Source: Zootoca vivipara
Lineage: Eukaryota
Direction: 5' to 3'
Assembly (NCBI RefSeq): GCF_963506605.1
Contig: NC_083276.1
Span: 82,212,001 to 82,276,000, forward strand
DNA length: 64,000 nt
A program made the position numbers and the translations under genes. The notes below the pieces were generated by a model, which saw nothing but the letters and a program-made list of their open reading frames with translations, did no database searches and was not told where the DNA came from. Below are positions 1 to 12,115 of this stretch, piece by piece (the stretch's first letter is position 1; each line of letters opens with the position of its first letter).

Positions 1-473
1 TTCTTGTATGTTCTTGGGATTTGAGGTACTTCAGGGAGGCTTAAGATTTCCCCAATGATCCCAAAGAAAACCAAGGCAACAGCATTGTCTGCTGTGACAA
101 TAAAAAGCCCTAGAGTCAAATAGATCTAGCTTTCTTCATATCACTAGAAGCATTTTGCTATTGGTTTCACAAGTCAGTGTTTCACCCTCACCGAAGACTC
201 AGCTTGAAAGAGTCAGAAAGCTTCAAGCTATTAAAGACACAACTGAACTTCGAGGAAGACAGTAAGTTCCAATGTATTTTTTCAGTCATGAGAGAAGGCC
301 ATTGCAACACTAGCACAACTGTTTTTCTGCCACTGCATATTAGTAATGCTGGAGTAAGCTTTAGCCATACATAATATTTCACTAGCAACTAGTTATGTGT
401 TTTGGGAAATAAGAAAGGATGAACCATTTGAATCATCAGAGAAGCATTAATTGATGTACCCTCTGCAGATACA

Positions 474-816
474 GTTGGGATGTGGGTGGTGCTGTGGGTT
501 AAACCACAGAGCCTAGGGCTTGCCGATCAGAAGGTCGGCGGTTCGAAACCCCGCGACGGGGTGAGCTCCCATTCCTCGGTTCCATCTCTTGCCAACCTAG
601 CAGTTTGAAAGCACGTCAAAGTGCAAGTAGATATACAGCAGGAAGGTTAACGGCATTTCTATGTGCTGCTCTGGTTCACCAGAATTGGCTTTTTCATGCT
701 GGCCACATGACCTGGAAGCTGTACGCCGGCTCCCTGGGCCAATAATGCGAGATGAGCGCCGCAACCCCAGAGTCGGTCACAACTGGAACTAATGGTCATG
801 GGTCCCTTTACCTTTA
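474..816 (+). mobile_element. Sauria SINE
   Basis: tRNA-like head (gctgtgggttaaaccacagagcctagggcttgccgatcagaaggtcggcggttcgaaacc) and (accttt)n tail. TSD ctgcagataca at 463-473 and 817-827. Empty site in the paralog at 6945-6955. Confidence 0.9.
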
Positions 817-1243
817 CTGCAGATACAACATGCATGATGGTGTACAAAAGCACCTGGAATTAATTCTCAGCAAAAGAAAGTTATAGGGCAGTTTTCCCCA
901 AGATGCGACCCACCCACTGTCTTAAACTACAGCTCCCACCATCCCTGATTATCGAACACAATAGTTGAAACTAATTGTAGCTGTAACCCAACAATATCTG
1001 GAGCGCCCCTGGTTGGGGAAGGTTGATTGAAGCAATAGTTCTCTGTCTTTCTACCTGTGAAGAACCCTTTTCATTTTGGCAGTGTTTGGGGAACTATGTA
1101 TCTCACATGGAAATGGATTATGCTTCAGGCATGTAGGCTGCTCTGGTATAACTACATTCTAGTAGCCACTGATACGCTCTGAGACACCTATGATAGACAC
1201 TGGGTCCTTCATTTTATATCATTGTGCACTGTATAACACTCCT

Positions 1244-1586
1244 GAAGGTAAAGGTACACCTGACCGTTATGTCCAGTCTGGGGTTGCCTGCTCATCTTGC
1301 TCTATAGGCCGAGGGAGCCGAGGTTTGTCCACAGACAGCTTCCAGGTCAGGTGGCCAGCATGACTAAGCCACTTCTGGCGAACCAGAGCAGCACACAGAA
1401 ACGCTGTTTACCTTCCTGCCCGAGCTATTTATCTATTTGCACTTTGACGTGCTTTCGAACTGCTAGGTGGGCAGGAGCTGGGACCGAACACTGGGAGCTC
1501 ACCCTGTCACTGGGATTTAAACCACCAACCTTCTGATTGGAAAGCCCTAGGCTCTGTGGTTTAGGCTACAGCACCACCTACATCCC
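1244..1586 (-). mobile_element. Sauria SINE
   Basis: Reverse complement of the same family (aaggtaaagg tail at 1245). TSD actcct at 1238-1243 and 1775-1780. Empty site in the paralog near 7382. Confidence 0.88.
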
Positions 1587-1592
1587 TCTACG

Positions 1593-1769
1593 CAGGGCTG
1601 GCTCTAGGTAGAGTCCCGGTGGTGCGGTGTGCCAGGGCGCCGGGCCGGTATGCGGGGCGCTGCGCGGTGAAGCCACGTGGAAACCATGCTGCGCCCTGCA
1701 AGGGCGGGGGTGCCGGAGCGATATCCGCCCCTCAGCGCCAGGGCGCCCAACCTGCTCGAGACTGCCCTG
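1593..1769. mobile_element. Non-autonomous hAT-type DNA transposon (GC-rich MITE)
   Basis: Imperfect TIRs cagggctggctctag / ctcgagactgccctg. 8-bp TSD cctctacg / cctctact. Confidence 0.75.
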
Positions 1770-2774
1770 CCTCTACTCCTATTTGCCTATAACTGAAAAT
1801 AGTATTCAGTTATCTTTCATTTCAGTTTACTGTTCTGAAAACCACAACCCATTCAAAACATTGTTCAATATCAATGACATATTTAGGAAATGACAGAGGT
1901 TTGATGATTGAACATTTGACACTGAACATTTTTCATTGTGTGGAGAGCATCTACCAGAACATAAGCTACTTCTGAAGGATCCTCTCATTTCATTTGCTTT
2001 TCCAATAAAGCATTAACAGAGGCACCTTCCCCACTATAGTTGTGTCAGTCTTTCAGCTCCTGGGAGCCTAAAAAAACAAGCCATGCTTGTAGGGGTGACT
2101 TTCTAGTGATCTATGGAAGGGAATCAGGTATTCATAATTATGTGCGCTTGTGGAGGATGTCTGAGCTTCGTGGCTCCCTTGATATACCTCTGCTGCCTGA
2201 ATTATGAAATTCCTGGTCTTGGACATAGGTTTCTGGGATGGTTACTGACTCCATTGCTTTCTACCTTGCAAGCACGTTTCAGGCTGGTTTTCAAGAAACA
2301 GGCATTTGTTGCCATTTGTTCTTGCCTGGCTGTGAAACATTTGGTTCAATAGATCTGGGTAAAAGGACATCTGTTAATCTTCTTTCTTTCCCTGCTTGTC
2401 TTTGAAAAGCTGATAAACCTGTTTTCTGCCAGGGATTCCTGGGGCTCTTTCCTGTCTTTAGTAGTAGTCTCTTTGAAGTCCAGGAAGCTTTTTTAACATC
2501 TTGGTGTTAGTTCCAGATCTTCCCAACAGTATCAGATTCAAGGTGGGAGGAAACCTGGGAGGGGTTTGAGAACTTAGGATGAATTCTATTGGATGATTTA
2601 AATCTTGGTAACCTTTTGAGATTGTAATAAAAAGATCTGGCGAAGGGAAAGAGACACGCACTTTCCCTCCCAGAGATTTGCTGGTTGAATCTCTGTGCCC
2701 TTGTCCTTATTTCAATGTGGTATTGCCACACATGCTGACTTCTGTTTTCTTCCCATCTCCACAGCGTCACCGTG

Positions 2775-3728
2775 ATGCAAACAGGAAACAACACGTTGGT
2801 GAACAGCTTCCTACTCACAGGGCTAACAGACCTTCCTCAGCTGCAAATTGCCCTCTTTGTGATCTTCTGTGGTGTCTATGCCACCAGCCTGGTGGGGAAT
2901 TTGGGCATGATTCTCTTAATCAGGTCCAGCCCACAACTGCAAACCCCAATGTACTTCTTACTTGGCAACCTGTCTTTCTTGGACATCTGTTACTCTTCAT
3001 CCGTCACCCCAAAGTTCCTAACCAATCTCTTAAAGGAGAAGAAAGTAATTTCTTTTGCTGATTGTTTTACTCAGCTTTTCTTTTATGGTGTATTTGCCAC
3101 CACTGAGTGTTACCTGCTGGCAGTGATGGCCTATGACCGCTACGTGGCTATCTGCAACCCGCTGCTCTACTTAATCACCATGTCCCAAAGAAAGTGCATT
3201 GAGCTAGTTGCTCTTTCCTATGCGGCTGGGACAATAAATGCTTTGGTGCACACCATTGCTGCATCAAGACTATCCTTCTGTGGACCAAACATCATTCAGA
3301 ATTTTTACTGTGAAATTCCTCCCATACTGCAGCTGTCCTGCTCAGACATTAGTCTCAATGAAATTTTGATGTTTGTCTTTGTTGGGTTCAATGTAATATC
3401 AACCAGTTTGACTATTCTCTCCTCTTACACTTACGTCCTGGCCACGATTTTAAAGACCCGCTGTGCTAGGAGCCGTAAGAAAGCCTTTTCCACCTGCACA
3501 TCTCACCTCATGGTTGTTACCATTTTCTTTGGATTTGGTAGCCTCATGTATGCAAGACCCAGTTCCAGGCAGAACCACAACCTTGACAAAATAGCCTCTT
3601 TGTTCTATGTAGTGGTGACTCCCATGCTGAACCCTTTGATTTATAGTCTGAGGAACCAGGAGGTCAAAAGTGCCTTCCGAAAAACCCTGGGAAGAAAAAG
3701 TGCGTGTTACCAAAGGTTTTTTTATTAA
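2775..3728 (+). CDS. Olfactory receptor, class II family 5/8/9-like (type A1), intact, 317 aa
   Basis: OR motifs [32 protein letters not shown] and [12 protein letters not shown], plus an N-terminal N-x-T sequon. A polypyrimidine-CAG acceptor ends at 2764, just before the ATG at 2775. Confidence 0.96.
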   Translation: MQTGNNTLVNSFLLTGLTDLPQLQIALFVIFCGVYATSLVGNLGMILLIRSSPQLQTPMYFLLGNLSFLDICYSSSVTPKFLTNLLKEKKVISFADCFTQLFFYGVFATTECYLLAVMAYDRYVAICNPLLYLITMSQRKCIELVALSYAAGTINALVHTIAASRLSFCGPNIIQNFYCEIPPILQLSCSDISLNEILMFVFVGFNVISTSLTILSSYTYVLATILKTRCARSRKKAFSTCTSHLMVVTIFFGFGSLMYARPSSRQNHNLDKIASLFYVVVTPMLNPLIYSLRNQEVKSAFRKTLGRKSACYQRFFY

Positions 3729-3927
3729 ATAGATGGTGACCCCTATTTCCAGGACTTTTGCTTTCCTTACGTCTCTACATGTTGTAATTTAAGAAAGGGA
3801 TGGGCAACAACTTTGGGTCAGGTTGTTTGACTCATTTATCTTTCTGTGGCCATAATGCCATTGGTCATTTTTACTTGGAAGGAACCCCACTCTTACAGCT
3901 TTCCTGTTCTTATACAAGTGTCAATGA

Positions 3928-4205
3928 AATAAAAAAAATTCCTTCAGTAGCACCTTAAAGACCAACTAAGTTTTTATTTTGGTATGAGCTTTCATGTGTA
4001 TGCACACTTCGTCAGATACACTGAAACAGAATCCACCAGACCCTTATGTATATTCAGAGGGTGGGGGTGATGGGAATGGGTGATGGGCTGATAGGAATGG
4101 TAAACCTGTTGATGACTGTTAACGACTGTTAATGACTGCAATTGGTCTTGCGGGGGGGGGGGCAAGGGCTGAGGTGCTAAGGAAAGCTTGATCATGTATA
4201 ATGAT
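3928..4205 (-). mobile_element. Penelope-like element (PLE) terminal fragment
   Basis: 13-bp TSD caagtgtcaatga at 3915-3927 and 4206-4218. The sequence gtagcaccttaaagaccaac...gagctttc...cacttcgtcagatac resembles the sauropsid Penelope pLTR end and contains a hammerhead core. Confidence 0.7.
3982..4019 (-). ncRNA. Minimal type I hammerhead ribozyme motif
   Basis: The minus strand reads GUAU-CUGACGA-A-GUGUG(CAUA)CACAU-GAAA-GC-UC-AUAC. This gives stem I GUAU/AUAC, the CUGAnGA box, a stem II hairpin, the GAAA box, a palindromic AGCU stem III and a UC cleavage site. Confidence 0.72.
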
Positions 4206-5343
4206 CAAGTGTCAATGAGTTTGTGATGTTTTCGTTTGCTAGCTTTAACCTGATAAGCACCCATTTGACAGTCCTTACCTCTTTTTCTTCTATCATTATC
4301 ACTATTTTGAGAATCTGCTCAGGGAGCGGGGGCGGGGGGCACAAAGCCTTCTCCACCTGCTCCTCTCACCTGCTGGCTGTCATCATCCTTTATGGCAGCT
4401 TTATCTTTATGTATCTCCAACCTAATACATCAAGAAATGGAGGCAAGGTGGCCTCTTTATTGTATGCAGTGGTAATACCCATGCTAAACCCTCTCATCTA
4501 CAGCTTGAGGAATAAGGAAGTGAAGATTGCTTTGAGACGTATATTTCCTAATGATGTTAATGATTAGTATTTAGATAAAATGGGCTGCTGGGTGATTGCA
4601 GCTGGGTGATTTCTGTCACTGCTGATGGTTGACTGGAACACTAACATGTGGGGGGAGGTCACGGTGGAAGCAGTTCGCAGTGAGTCAGAACCAAGGCCAT
4701 GAACAGATATTTCCAGGGCTACATTCCAAAAGAACATCTTCAATAACCACATCATCTGAAAGAACAAGAGCAGACTTTAGCATCTGCTCAGTGAAACCTA
4801 CAAGACTCAAAGGGCATCTTCTTTGAGGAAGAGAACAGCCAAGAAATTGTAGGGCTCGCTAAACCTCCTGCTGTGTAAATCTAAGTGGTGTGCAGATACT
4901 ACTTTTTGTGATTTCCTAATAGTCCCCAAAGATCTGTTGAGAATCAGATTTCCCCCCCATGTGAGCTCAGTCCCTCTGCCCTGCTCCCAAACCACAGGAT
5001 TTTAAGCAGCAATGAAGCATGCAGTCAAGGTAGAAGGAGACACATATAGGCAACCTGTGATAGCTCCTCCTTCCCCTCCTCTTCATCATCTTACACCCCC
5101 GGATTATTTTGAGGCAGGCCTGTGCTGCCTCAGGATGATCTTACAATGCTGCAGCTATGGGATGATGATGATGATGATCATCATTTATTATTATTATTAT
5201 TGATTGTTTTATGATTGTATATTGTTTGGTGTTTCAGATTGTACATTGCACGATTGAGGCGCCATGTGTGAAATTTAAGGTGGAATATGAACTTTAAAAT
5301 GAAATAAATATATATTACACTTTATTTATTAGAACCATATATA

Positions 5344-5664
5344 CAGTGGAACCTCGGTTTATGAACACCTCGGTTTACGAATTTTCGGTTTACAAACGCC
5401 GCGGACCCATCTGGAACGGATTAATTCACTTTCCATTACTTTCAATGGGAAAGTTTGCTTCAGTTTATGAACGCTTCAGTTTATGAACAGACTTCCGGAA
5501 CCAATTACACCCATGCTTTGGGATGAGTACGCTTCAAGTTGAGTACTCCGCGGACCCGTCTGGAACGGATTAATCCACTTTCCATTACTTTCAATGGGAA
5601 AGTTCACTTCAGTTTATGAACAGACTTCCGGAACCAATTGTGTTCATAAACCGAGGTACCACTG
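5344..5664. mobile_element. Tc1/mariner (Tigger-like) MITE
   Basis: TIRs cagtggaacctcggtttatgaac / gttcataaaccgaggtaccactg with TA on both sides. Internal direct duplication of ~80 bp. Confidence 0.88.
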
Positions 5665-6669
5665 TATATGAATTCTGATACATTTCAACTTCTAAGATAC
5701 AAGTACAATTTGAGTGAATCCCCTGATATAGAAATCTCACCCAAATGGCCTTTCTGTGCATTATAATCAGATAATGGTGTTCCCATCCCTAGGATGTAAA
5801 TGAATTTCCCATGTCACAGAGGGTAGAAGTGAGGTTTCTTGTGTTATCAACTGGTCCTTGGAGACTTTTTTTTGCCTACCCAACCCTGCCTTGATTTGAA
5901 ACTGACTTTAGCTGGATTTCTCAGGCTATTCAGTTTGGCACCTACCATGGGCTGTCAGGTGGATTTTAGCAATCGCAATGGAAAACACCCTGAAGTATCC
6001 TTGGGTGGAGGCCTGTTTCCAACCAGGTTCTCTTGCTGACTAGCTTGGCGGGTTCTTTTGTTACTCCTTGGTTCTGGGCTGTGCATTCTGCTGTAGTGGG
6101 TTGGAATGCAAAGGATGGATATTCCTACCCCCTGTTCCTCTAGCAGGGGATGGATAATTTTGTCTCTCACCCCCTACTTTGGGAGATGGAGGCCAGCTAG
6201 AGTGACCTTGCCAGGATGAAAGGAGGGAGGCATTCAGACCATTCTTACACAGACTCGTCCCCCCCCTGCCTTTGAGAATTAGATTGGCCGAGGGACCTAA
6301 TGCTATTTGAGTTATTATAACCTTGTATATCAAAATGTATCATTTCTCAAGGGGTCTTTAAAATGTGTGAGGGATTTTATATTGGCTCCCATTAGTTTCA
6401 CTACATGACTATGAGGTAAATTTTAGATATTTTCTTGTATGTTCTTGGGATCTGAGGTACTTCAGGGAGCATCTCCCCAATGATCCCAAAGAAAGCGAAG
6501 GCAACATCATTGTTTGCTGTGACAATAAAAAACCCTAGAGTCATGTAGAACACAAATAGATCTGGCTTTCTTTACATCACTAGAAGCATTTTGCAACTCA
6601 ATGGTTCACCTGCACCGAAGACTCAGCTTGAAAGAGTCAGAAAGCTTCAAGCTATTAATGACACAACTG

Positions 6670-6728
6670 CTTGGCAGGGGGTTGGACTGGATGGCCCTTG
6701 GGTCTCTTCCAACTCTATGATTCTATGA
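6670..6728 (+). mobile_element. CR1 LINE extreme 3' tail (~58 bp)
   Basis: ggggttggactggatggcccttgggtctcttccaactctatgattctatga with the (attctatg) terminal repeat. Absent from the paralog at ~245. Confidence 0.8.
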
Positions 6729-7622
6729 ACTTTGAGGAAGACAGTAAGTTCAGATGTATTTTTTCAGTCATGTGAGAAGGCCATTGTGACAATAGCACAA
6801 CTGTTTTTCTGCCACTGCATATTAGTATGGCTGGATATGCTTTAGCCATGTGTAATATTTCAACAGCGACAAGTTATGTGTTTTGGGAAATACGAAAGGG
6901 TGAACCATTTGAATCCTCAGAAAAGCATTAATTGATGTACCCCTCTGCAGATACAACATGCATGATGGTGCACCTGGAATTAATTCTCAACAAAAGAAAG
7001 TTATAGGGCAGTTTCCCCCAAGTTGCGACCCACCTGCTGTCTTAGACTACAGCTCCCATCATCCCTGATAATCGAACACAATGGCTGAAACTAATTGTAG
7101 CTGTAGCCCAACAATATTTGGAGGCATGTGGTTATGAGAGCTCTATAATACATGGTCAGAGTCGGCAGAATGCAGGTGTCATAATCCTGGAGTGTCTTCC
7201 TCAATATTTTGTGTAGATTATGCTTGGATACATGTCTCCTTTGGGCATGTTGGCTGCTCTGGTATTCCTCCATTCTGGTAGCCACTGATATGCTCTGAGA
7301 CATATGGGTCTGAGGCTGATATACTCTGGGACAATGAAGAACACTGGGTCTTTCATTGTATATCATTGTGCATTGTATAACACTCCTATTTGCCTATAAA
7401 AACCTTGCTGAAAATTATCTTTAGTTATTGCTCACTTCGGTTTACTTTGTTGAAAACCATAACCTATTCAAAACATTGTTCTCATATCATTTCCTTTTCC
7501 AATAAAGTACCAGCAGAGGCACCTGCCCCACTATGCTTGTGTCAGTCTTTTAGTCCCAGAGAGTCTAAAAGAACAAGCAATGCTGACTTCTGTGTTCTTC
7601 CCATCTCCACAGTGCCGCCGTG

Positions 7623-8579
7623 ATGCAAACAGGAAACAACACGTTGGTGAACAGCTTCCTACTCACAGGGCTAACAGACCTTCCTCAGCTGCAAATTGCC
7701 CTCTTTGTGATCTTCTGTGGTGTCTATGCCACCAGCCTGGTGGGGAATCTGGGCATGATTCTCTTAATCAGGTCCAGCCCACAACTGCAAACCCCAATGT
7801 ACTTCTTACTTGGCAACCTGTCTTTCTTGGACATCTGTTACTCTTCATCTGTCACCCCAGAGTTGCTAAGCAATCTCTTAAAAGAGAAGAAAATCATTTC
7901 TTTTGCTGGTTGTTTTATTCAGCTTTTCTTTTATGCTGTATTTGCCACCACTGAGTGTTACCTGCTGGCAGTGATGGCCTATGACCGCTACGTGGCTATC
8001 TGCAACCCGCTGCTCTACTTAATCACCATGTCCCAAAGAAAGTGTATGCAGCTAGTAGGTCTTTCCTATGCAGCTGGGACAATAAATGCTTTGGTGCACA
8101 CTGTTGCTGCATCAAGACTATCCTTCTGTGGACCAAACATCATTCAGAATTTTTACTGTGAAATTCCTCCCATACTGCAGCTGTCCTGCTCTGACATTAG
8201 TCTCAATGAAATTTTGATGTTTGTCTTTGTTGGGTTCAATGCAATATCAACCAGTCTGACTATTCTCTCCTCTTACACTTATGTCCTGGCCACTATTTTA
8301 AAGACCCGCTGTGCTAGGAGCCGTAAGAAAGCCTTTTCCACCTGCACATCTCACCTCATGGTTGTCACCATTTTTTATGGATTTGCTAGCCTCATGTATG
8401 CTAGACCCAGTTCTAGGCAGACCCATCACCTTGACAAAATAGCCTCTGTGTTCTATGTAGTAGTGACTCCCATGCTGAACCCTTTGATTTATAGTCTGAG
8501 GAACCAGGAAGTCAGGAGTGCCTTCCAAAAAGTCCTGGGAAGAAATCTTACGTTTTACAAAAGTTTTTTTATAAAATAG
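7623..8579 (+). CDS. Olfactory receptor, class II family 5/8/9-like (type A2), intact, 318 aa
   Basis: All OR motifs present. Close paralog of 2775-3728, with the CAG acceptor at ~7610-7612. Confidence 0.96.
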   Translation: MQTGNNTLVNSFLLTGLTDLPQLQIALFVIFCGVYATSLVGNLGMILLIRSSPQLQTPMYFLLGNLSFLDICYSSSVTPELLSNLLKEKKIISFAGCFIQLFFYAVFATTECYLLAVMAYDRYVAICNPLLYLITMSQRKCMQLVGLSYAAGTINALVHTVAASRLSFCGPNIIQNFYCEIPPILQLSCSDISLNEILMFVFVGFNAISTSLTILSSYTYVLATILKTRCARSRKKAFSTCTSHLMVVTIFYGFASLMYARPSSRQTHHLDKIASVFYVVVTPMLNPLIYSLRNQEVRSAFQKVLGRNLTFYKSFFIK

Positions 8580-8661
8580 ATTGTGCCACCTGCTTCCAGG
8601 ACATTTGCTTTCTTTACAAATACTGTACCTTAAGGCAGGTACGGGGAGCCACTTTCTGCCG

Positions 8662-9818
8662 GAATATGCTATCTCCCATCGAAGCAATTACAATTAAGAG
8701 AGTTAATATGGACAGACAATGAGCAACTTACAGGGAACATGTGGATTTTACAGGTGGGGGGAACCCAAAGTGAAACAGATGGAAAACCTAAGGAGCCAAT
8801 TTATAGATTGGTTGCAATATCTCCATGTACACAATATGTTTAAATTAGATAGAAAGAATGGGTTTTTGGACCAAAGCTCACATTTAAAAAGAACTATTAC
8901 AAAGTAAGGACAAACTTTTGTGTAAAATGTACAATCTTCTCTTAGAATGGGAAAGAAAAGATGAGCTTGTTAAAGCGCCAATGACACACTGGGCAATAGA
9001 TATATGACAATAGATATGGGACACAATTTAGATCTTAACCTCTGGAAGAAATTCTGGAAAAGCGACCTGAAATTTACAGCATGCTATTCATTGAAAGAGA
9101 ACTATTTTAAAATGATTCATAGATGGTACTCAACTCTGAGTAGGTTGGATAAGATTTATAAAACAGAATCAAGTGGAGTGTTGGAAGTGTAAAGAAGTGG
9201 AGGGAATGTTTTCCCACATGTGGTGGACATGTAAAAAGGTAAAAGGGTATTGGGGAATGATTTATAATGAATTGAAAAAAATGTTCAAAATTACTTCCCA
9301 AAAAACCCAGAGTCCTATTTGTTGGGGATATCCTAGAATGAAAATCCCAGGTGTATTTATGTATGCAACATCTGTGGTCCGTGTTTTGTTAGCCCCCAAA
9401 TGGAAAGTGAGCGAGGTCCCAAGTAAAGAGAAGTGGCAACTTAAGTTGAGAGAATATGCACAACTTGCAGATTTAACTTGCAGATTTTACCCTTTACCTT
9501 TAACATATAGAATAGGAGAGCAAGAAGAACATATGTATAAAGAAGATTGGAAAACATTTATTGAATATATGAAAAAAAACTGTATACAGCTGAAAACGCT
9601 GGCAGTATGAAGATAAATTCAACAGAGTAAATAATTTTTGATGGATGTAAAAGTGGAAAATTGATTTGAATTGTTAAAGTAAAATATGCAGAGATGTATG
9701 ATATGTAAAATGAACCATAGAAAGAGAAGTCATTGGATATTCTAAAGTTTGTAAAATGTTTATTTGAAATTGTAAAACAGAAAAATTAATTAGAATTATT
9801 ACAAAAAATAAAAAATAA
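8662..9818 (+). mobile_element. L1-clade LINE 3' fragment (degraded ORF2 C-terminus)
   Basis: Translations include LKENYFKMIHRWY and the CCHC zinc knuckle CWKCKEVEGMFSHMWWTC. A-rich tail at ~9800-9818; frameshifted. Confidence 0.8.
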
Positions 9819-10491
9819 AGTATTTGCATTTATTCCTGATACGGCTTCTTGCAATAAGCTTTGGCTGCTTATCTGGCATTTAGCTGCTAGATCATACATT
9901 GCTGAGTAACCTGTAAGCTTGGGGCTCGAAAGACAGTGAGTGGACTGCTTGACTATAGTCTCTGTAAATCTCAAGGATGTCCAGAAGCAGCCTGTGTTTC
10001 TCCTGGCTCAGTATTAGAGGACCACAGGTGTGGTAGTAGTGCTACTGGCAGGGTTTATATTCCCTGTTATTTTGAGTTATTATTGGGTTATTTTGAGACT
10101 GTTCTAAAGAATCCCACAACTTCCTTTATGTTGCTTCAAGGAAAGATACCGGTATCAAGGTTGAGGGAAAGTAGGCTTTGGTGTGAGAACCCTAGCAGAG
10201 AATTAAAACAAAACATGCAGCAAAGTAAAGAATGGAAATATAGGCTGTTAACCTTTAAAATATGCCCTTGTGAGTTCCAAAATGTACCTCTTCCCCTAGC
10301 ATAGAAAAAGACCACATGTTAGGTAGGTTAAAAAATGGTTTACCTACAAACTTCCCAAAGGTCAGATTTATGTGCTTTTTCATACAGCACTCAGAAAAAG
10401 TTGTGCAGGCAGTAAAACGTGGCCTAGTTAAAGTGGTGAAAGTTCCTAAATTATTGGTATAGGAACTCAAGAGACACTTGTTAGAGCTATG

Positions 10492-11122
10492 TGTCATGGT
10501 CCGGTCGGCGGGTGATTGAAGCCCTGACCGAGGATGTCAGGACCAGAGGCAAGATGGTGATGTAGAAGCAGGAACAGGTGCAAGGCTGAGGGTCCAGCAG
10601 CAGGCAGTCACAGGGTCAAGGAGCAAGGCAGAGGCAAAGGTCTGGGAGTCAAGGAGCAAGGCGTCGGCAAGGCAAAGGTCCAAGGGTCGAGGATCAAGGA
10701 ATCGGCAAGGCAAGGGTTCAAGATCAAGGCGTCGGCAAGGCAAGGGTCCAAGGAGCGAGAGGCCAGAGGCAACCAGGCAGGGGTGGGGTTGCTGTGGCAA
10801 AGAGCTGAAGGGAAATGCTGAGCTTTTATCCCTCCCAGCTCCTGCCACCAGGTGCAGTGAGGTATGAAGTGGCCTCACCTGAGTGACCACTCCTTGCCTC
10901 TCCAGCACAAGCTGAGGTCTTCACCTGAGTGGCCACTCCTTGCTTCTCCAGCACAAGCTGAGGCAGGCCCCAGTCCTGCAAAGCACTACAGGCCCCAGAG
11001 CATAGCTGCCAAGTTTTCGCTTTTCTCGCGAGGAAGCCTATTCAGCATAAGGGAAAATCCCTGTAAAAAAGGGATAACTTGGCAGCTATGCCAGAGCCTG
11101 ACTCCTGCCCACACACCTGACA
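10492..11122. mobile_element. Solo LTR (Gypsy/ERV-type)
   Basis: TGTCA...TGACA termini and a perfect 5-bp TSD ctatg (10487-10491 and 11123-11127). Internal caaggc-type tandem repeats. Confidence 0.82.
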
Positions 11123-11292
11123 CTATGCGGCTAAGTGGTAGCAACCAGCTGAGTCGAGCTTCTCAGGTAGACTGGAGGGAAATAAAGGTTTGATTACCTA
11201 GTCCTTCACAATGTCAGCTAAGTCTTGTAGACAGCATACTCTATGATCTTATCACCTTCATGCATTTTTTAGACATAAATATGTTGGTTATA

Positions 11293-11654
11293 GCAGGGAC
11301 GCGGTTGGCACTGTGGGTTAAACCACAGAGCCTAGGGCTTGCCGATCAGAAGGTCGGTGGTTCGAAACCCCGTGATGGGGTGAGCTCCCGTTGCTCGGTC
11401 CCAGCTCCTGCCAACCTAGCAGTTTGAAAGCACGTCAAAGTGCAAGTAGATAAATAGGTACCACTACAGTGGGAAAGTAAACGGCATTTCCGTGTGCCGC
11501 TCTGGTTCACCAGAAGTGGCTTTGTCATGAGCTGGCCACATGACCTGGAAGCTGTATGCCAGCTCCCTCGGCCAATAACACGAGATGAGCACCGCAACCC
11601 TAGAGTTGGTCACGACTGGACCCAATAGCCAGGGTTCCCTTTACCTTTACCTTT
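11293..11654 (+). mobile_element. Sauria SINE (full length)
   Basis: Same head and (accttt)n tail. TSD tatgttggttata at 11280-11292 and 11655-11667. Confidence 0.92.
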
Positions 11655-12115
11655 TATGTTGGTTATATGGGCTAGTTATCCCACACTTTACAGGCTGTAA
11701 TCTGTGGGACACAGAGTCTGTGCAATGCTGTAGGCTAGAGGGTAAATTTTCATCCCTCTCCTTTACAGTGGCATCCAGAGGAGGTGGCAAGCACAATTTG
11801 TATTCCAGCTTATTCTACTAAACTAACATATTTGCAATCAGACAGTAATGCCACCTAAATAGAAAGGTGGATGGATCCATGTAGATAAGAATTGTGAGCA
11901 GATGTTTCCCTCAAAAAGCCTCTGCAATGCATGAACTGATCCTCTGGGACAAGGCTGTTGCTCTTGCTTTGAGCAGAAGGAACCCTTTTCATGGAAAGTG
12001 TTGCAGTCACTGCAAAGTAATTAATCAACAAGTGTAATTGTTTATAGTCTGCTGGCAGTCTCTGGAGATGTTAGCAGAGAGTTATCAGAGATATAAGGCA
12101 CCAGAAGTAAGCAAG

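Larger units (their letters stand above)
1..3800. repeat. Segmental duplication copy 1 (type A OR unit); paralog at 6432-8660
   Basis: Position 1 'ttcttgtatgttcttggga' recurs at 6432. Collinear similarity continues through both OR ORFs, interrupted by copy-specific insertions and deletions. Confidence 0.9.
3819..4567 (+). pseudogene. 5'-truncated type B OR pseudogene (TM4 to end), split by a Penelope-like insertion
   Basis: 3819-3927 matches the GC(M/L)[29 protein letters not shown] coding sequence. 4219-4567 encodes [13 protein letters not shown]...[10 protein letters not shown]...[16 protein letters not shown]. The closest paralog is the 35100 gene. Confidence 0.9.
6432..8660. repeat. Segmental duplication copy 2 (type A OR unit)
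   Basis: Collinear with 1-3800. Lacks both SINEs, the MITE and ~650 bp corresponding to 2088-2736. Confidence 0.9.

Noticed and set aside
2678-3713. Alternative-frame and antisense ORFs overlapping ORs (also 7580, 8298, 40982, 44892)
   Set aside because: Expected shadows of OR codon structure; their recurrence reflects duplication, not independent selection.
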